DNA of 64,000 nt, taken from the NCBI RefSeq assembly GCF_963921235.1, contig NC_086108.1, forward strand, positions 55,864,001 through 55,928,000. Direction: 5' to 3'. A program made the position numbers and the translations under genes. This stretch comes from Mobula hypostoma. Lineage: Eukaryota. This document shows, piece after piece, positions 59,400 through 64,000 of the stretch (its first letter is position 1; each line of letters starts with the position of its first letter). The notes under the pieces are model-generated. The model did no database searches, was not told where the DNA came from, and saw only the letters and a list, made by a program, of their open reading frames with translations.

Positions 59400-60060
59400 T
59401 AATTTTAACCCCTTCACTCTCCTGACTGTCTGAGTGTCACCCAGTTTTCCTGTGCCCTGTATCTTGGGTGTAATTACCTCTATGAGGGATGATTGACAAG
59501 TTTGTGGCCTACAGTAGAAGGAGTCAATTTTAGAAAACCTAGCACATTTATTTTTCAACATAGTCCCCTCCTACATTTACACACTTAGTCCAGCAGTCAT
59601 GGAGCATATGGATCTTGGACCTCCAGAAAGTGTCCACAGATGGGCGATTGATAAGTTTGTGGTCTAAGGCAGAAACAGATGAGTTATACAGCTCCCGTTA
59701 CATGCACATGCAGGTCAACACTTTGAGTGATTATGCAGAAAGTTTGAAGTTAATAACTAATCTCCTTCTACCTTAGGCTACGAACTTATCAATCACCCCT
59801 CGTATATATGCCCAGTCTATCACCCCCTCAGCCTCCTGAATGATCCAGAGTTCAGCCAGTTCCATCTCCAACTTCTTAACGTGAAGTGTTGCAGCTGGAT
59901 GCACTTCTTGCAGGAGAAGACATCAGGGACACTGCAGGTCTCTCTGCCTTCCCAAATCCTGCTAAAGGAGCATTCAACTCTCCTGCTTGGCATCCCTACT
60001 GCTCTAACTGTGCAATTATAAAGAAGGAAACAATAAATAAACTGGAAAAAAATCTATCTA
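59400..60060 (-). mobile_element. CR1 ORF1 5' fragment, interrupted by a MITE
   Basis: Homologous to 32000-32235 (GCAGCTGGATGCACTTCTTGCAGG). Confidence 0.7.
59483..59802. mobile_element. Mariner/Tc1-type MITE (320 bp)
   Basis: TA TSD (59481-82, 59803-04); about 40-bp TIRs YGAGGG.TGATTGAYAAGTTYGTRGCCTA..GTAGAAGGAG. Confidence 0.85.
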
Positions 60061-61219
60061 CAGCTTTTCACCTTGTCTCACTGATGCTTCTCCTTGCTGA
60101 AACCTCAAATTCCCACTTTAACACTGTCCACTCCAACAAATATTGCTCCACTTGCCCCTACGTTATTTTTTTTTTGCCCTTGCTAATGAATCCCAATCTC
60201 TGATTGGGCGCTTTTCATAATATGTTATAATTATCCCAGAATACAAGCTATTCATAATGTCAACTCATGCAAATGGACGTTGTTTAGAAACTCTTTAAAT
60301 AATTAATTTTCAGCTATTGCTATTTTTTGGTTGTGTGAAGGGAAGTCAGTCCCCTATCTCCTCCATTCTTTTAGTGAATGATATATGTAGACGATGGAGT
60401 TATTTCTTGGAATGACAAACTCCTATTCTGCTACAAATACATTATTCATTTTATATCATGCACAAACAAGACAGCAAATTGTTAGAAAAAATGCAATGAA
60501 AATCTTAAGGCTTGCACAAGGCTTTGGTACCAACTGAAACTTCCTCATATCTTCCACACCATTGTCATGGCATTAACAGTCTTGAGAGCTAGTTACAGGT
60601 TAGCTTTGGTATGTGAAAACAGCCTTGCTTGAACATACTCATCCATGAGTCCACTTACAAACCTGGTCTTACAACATTGCAAAGTTATAATGCCTTAATA
60701 AATTCTTTAATTTAATTATGGTTATAATTACCATTTCCCTTTTGATTAAGCTGAGGTTCATCTTTTGCATAGACGTTCTTTTCATATGAAGTTCCCAAGT
60801 TCGATCAGTCTAACTTTCTGTAGTCTGTCTTTGCAGCCTTGCCGATGTATTATCTGGGTTCTCTGATTGGCAGTTGAATGAAGAGATAAACCATCTCATC
60901 AAAACTCACTATCTCAGACATTTAGTTCTGTGAGGGTCTGGAAGTTTCTACAAATCGTGCCACAGCTCACAGAAAAGTAAGCCACATATTACAGCAGCAG
61001 CCTTGCAGCAACAATACTATTCACACTCTTTCTGCTTGTAACTGAATACTCATTCTCCTTATAAATACTTGCTATACCAACTGTGGTGCATCAACTAAAT
61101 GGTGAAGTCATAGCTCTCTTTGTTGTACAGTTATGTCCCACCAACTACAACCTTACGAGAGTAAAATGGCATCTATAGTCTCTGTTGTCTTGAATACAAA
61201 ACAATCATTAGATTTTGCT

Positions 61220-62764
61220 AACACAAAATACTCTGTAGATGCTGGGGTCAAAGCAACACTCACAACACGCTGGAGGAACTCAGCAGGTCGAGCAGCATCC
61301 GTGGAAACGATCAGTCAACATTTCGGGCCGGAACCCTTCGTCAGGACTGAAGAGGGAAGGGGCAGAGGCCCTATAAAGAAGGTGGGGGGGGAGGGTGGGA
61401 AGGAGAAGGCTGGTAGGTTCCAGGTGAAAAACCAGTAAGGAGAAAGATAAAGGGGTGGGGGAGGGGAAGCAGGGAGGTGATAGGCAGGAAGGGGTGAAGA
61501 AGGAACAGGGAAAAACACAATGGGTAGTAGAAGGAGGCAGAACCATGAGGGAGGTGATAGGCAGCTGGGGGAGGGGGCAGAGTGAAATAGGGACAGGGGA
61601 AGAGAGGGGGAGGGAATTCCCGGAAGTTGGAGAATTCCATGTTCATACCAAGGGGCTGGAGACTACCTAGACGGTATATGAGTTGTTGCTCCTCCAACCT
61701 GAGTTTAGCCTCATCATGGCAGCAGAGGAGGCCATGTATGGACATATCCGAATGGGAATGGGAAGCAGAGTTGAAGTAGGTGGCTACCGGGAGATCCTAT
61801 CTGCTGTGGCGGACAGAGCGGAGGTGCTCGATGAAGCGGTCCCCCAATCTGCGTTGGGTTTCGCCGATGCAAAGGAGGCCACACTGGGAGCACCGGATGC
61901 AATAGATGACCCCAACAGACTTACAAGTGAAGTGTTGCCTCACCTGGAAGGACTGTTTGGGGCCCTGAATGGTGGCAAGAGAGGAGGACAGGTGTAGCAC
62001 TTACGCTTACAGGGATAAGTGCCGGGTGGGAGATCCGTGGGGAGGGACGTGTGGATCAGGGAGCCGCGGAGGGACCAATCCCTGCGGAAAGCAGAGAGGG
62101 GTGGAGAGGGAAAGATGTGCTTAGTGGTGGGGTCCTGTTGAAGGTGGCAGAAGTTGCAGAGGATAATGTGCCGGATCCAGAGGCTGGTGGGGTGGTAGGT
62201 GAGGACAAGGGGAACTCTGTCCCTGTTGTGGTGGCGAGAGGATGGGGTGAGGGCCGAAGTGTGGGAAATGGAGGAGATGCGAGTGAGAGCATCATTGATG
62301 ACAGCAGAAGGGAAACCACAATCCTTAAAGAAAGAGGACATTTGAGATGCCCTGGAACAGAAAGCCCCATCCTGGGAGCAGATGTGGCGGAGACGGAGGA
62401 ACTGGGAATAGGGAATGACATTTTTGCATGTGGCGAGGTGGGAAGAGGTATAGTCGAGGTAGTTATGAGAGTCAGTGGGCTTGTAGAAGATGTCAGTGGA
62501 CAGTCTGTCTCCAGAGATGGAGACCGAGAGATCGAGAAAGGAGAGAGAAGTGTCCGAGATAGACCAAGTGAATTTCAGGGCTGGGGGGAAGTTTGAAGTA
62601 AAATTGATGAAATTGACGAGCTCAGCATGGGTGCAGGAAGCAGCAACCAATGTAGTCGTCAATGTAGTGAAGGAAAAGTTGGGGAGAAGTACCAGAATAG
62701 GTTTGGAGCACAGACTGTTCCACATAACCAACGAAGAGGCAGGCATAGCTGGGGCCCATGCGAG
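61220..62764 (-). mobile_element. Penelope-like element, 5'-truncated (RT C-terminal half + GIY-YIG + tail)
   Basis: RMGPSYACLFVG...FLHYIDDYIG, FLDLSV, FYKPTDSHNYL, GVIYCIRCSQCGLLCIGETQRRLGDRFIEH; TSD TTTTGCT (61213-19, 62765-71). Confidence 0.95.
61312..61349 (-). ncRNA. Minimal type I hammerhead ribozyme motif
   Basis: CAGUC-CUGACGA-A-GGG UUCCGG CCC-GAAA-UG-UU-GACUG: 5-bp stem I, intact core, GUU triplet. Confidence 0.75.
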
Positions 62765-63149
62765 TTTTGCTGCTTTCCCATAATTGCAAAGCTAATTTAA
62801 CGTTCCTCAACCTCCAAGTGGCTTTAAAAAAAAAACAAAGATCTCACATCATCTGACAACACTTTTATCTATGCTGAAGATTTCTTTTTAGTGGATCATC
62901 TGGACTCACTTGAGAAGCTTCATAGATCATTCACTTGTAGTGGAAATCTTGGCCATCTCACAAGATGTTTGTAGTAATTCCTTAGAACAACTTCCTGCCG
63001 GTGCACAATTATCTAAAGGATTTCAGGACAGTCATGTTCAACAGTGATGATCGAGTGATCTGTGCTCATATTTTGTTGAAATACATGCTGGCATTTTTCT
63101 CTACAGCTGCCCGTTTTCCAGGATGATCAGTTATGACAATGGTTCTGTA

Positions 63150-63900
63150 CTCTCCTAACTACAGCCTGTACAGACTTTGGCCAAAAATCTGAAGTACTAT
63201 GCAAATTCTTCTTCTGCAGGTAAGAGACTCCTTACCTCTGCACTTCTGTCATGGTACTTTTTTTCATTTTTAATAGTTTGTTCTATATTTTGGTTTTCAC
63301 TTTGGGAAGGTAAGATTTAAAGGTGGCTTCAATTTCTTTGCCCGTAAGTAACTCTACAGGAGATGGTGTAGCTATAGACTATAGTATTATGAACAGGAAC
63401 TGAGACACTTAGTTTTCAATGCTGCTTCCTTGCACTTTCTTGGTTCCTTCTTTGAAAGTCTAAACGGCTCTCCTCACTTAAATCATTAGAGAAAAGATGA
63501 ACTGGACAGATGTTGCATAAATTTTGCCATTTTGTTTCTTCGGTGTGCTTCTTAACAACTTCAACCATGCTTGTGAAGCAACTTCCATTGTCTGATACAA
63601 ACATATGAGATAATCACGGCACTGAAAATTTGTCTCATCCTTCAGTTTTGACACTTGACACTAAAGCATTCATTGGGCATACAGCATCAAGAATAGCTGA
63701 CCTACAAAAAGTCTCGACTGTAGGTACTCGGACAATTCAAAAGTATGCAAGGAAGAAGAATCAGGTATTTTTCTGTTTTTGCTCAAGACTACACTTCTTG
63801 TTCAATGCAGTTGAGATCAATTATTCTCTACAGCTGCCTGTGTTTTGGCATACACCCTGGTGACCTTTCAGGTAATCTTCCATTCAATGGGAATCACAGC
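63150..63900 (-). mobile_element. Old Gypsy-type integrase remnant
   Basis: FVSDNGSCFTS ... PVHLFSNDLSE resembles integrase VSDNG..FTS / PYHP.SNGLAE motifs; boundaries vague. Confidence 0.6.
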
Positions 63901-64000
63901 ACAAATGCCTTATGGTAATACCTCACAAGATAGGATTAACTTTTGATCAGTAGTGTAGTAGATGAGCTATCAACAGCCTATATATTTCTTTGGAATGCAC

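Noticed and set aside
60838..60983. Candidate exon (TTTGCAG ... AAGTAAG)
   Set aside because: The best reading frame stops before the donor and gives no recognisable peptide.
62051..62596. 181-aa plus-strand ORF
   Set aside because: Antisense shadow of the Penelope coding region.
1..64000. CRISPR arrays, operons or prokaryotic defence systems
   Set aside because: No regularly spaced repeats; the sequence is vertebrate TE-rich DNA.

Overview
Eukaryotic, repeat-saturated vertebrate DNA with no supportable host protein-coding exon. The repeat types (CR1/HER1-like LINEs, an HE1/V-SINE-like SINE, Penelope, Rex1, fish-type L1) point by inference to an elasmobranch (shark or ray). Most ORFs in the track are decayed or antisense transposon fragments. 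The window contains many CR1 copies (two near full length, one with an open ORF1) and a Sushi/chromovirus-type Gypsy element (25844-39902) hosting nested LINEs. It also holds a minus-strand, env-less class III (ERV-S/L-like) provirus with a tRNA-Ser PBS (41117-53290), which hosts a CR1, a solo LTR, a tRNA-SINE and a younger Gypsy element. Other elements are an internally deleted Tigger with a long internal palindrome, a mariner-type MITE, a Tc1 fragment, a truncated L1 and several Penelope pieces. The most interesting signals are RNA structures: (1) an HDV-like ribozyme fold with an unusually enlarged L3 at the 5' end of an RTE-type non-autonomous element; (2) a Gypsy element whose 'PBS' is not tRNA-complementary but pairs with its own LTR poly(A)-signal region; (3) minimal hammerhead ribozymes in the Penelope ends; and (4) a second tRNA-Ser PBS outside the ERV's 3' LTR. 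All calls were made by eye without database searches; boundaries without a TSD are approximate.
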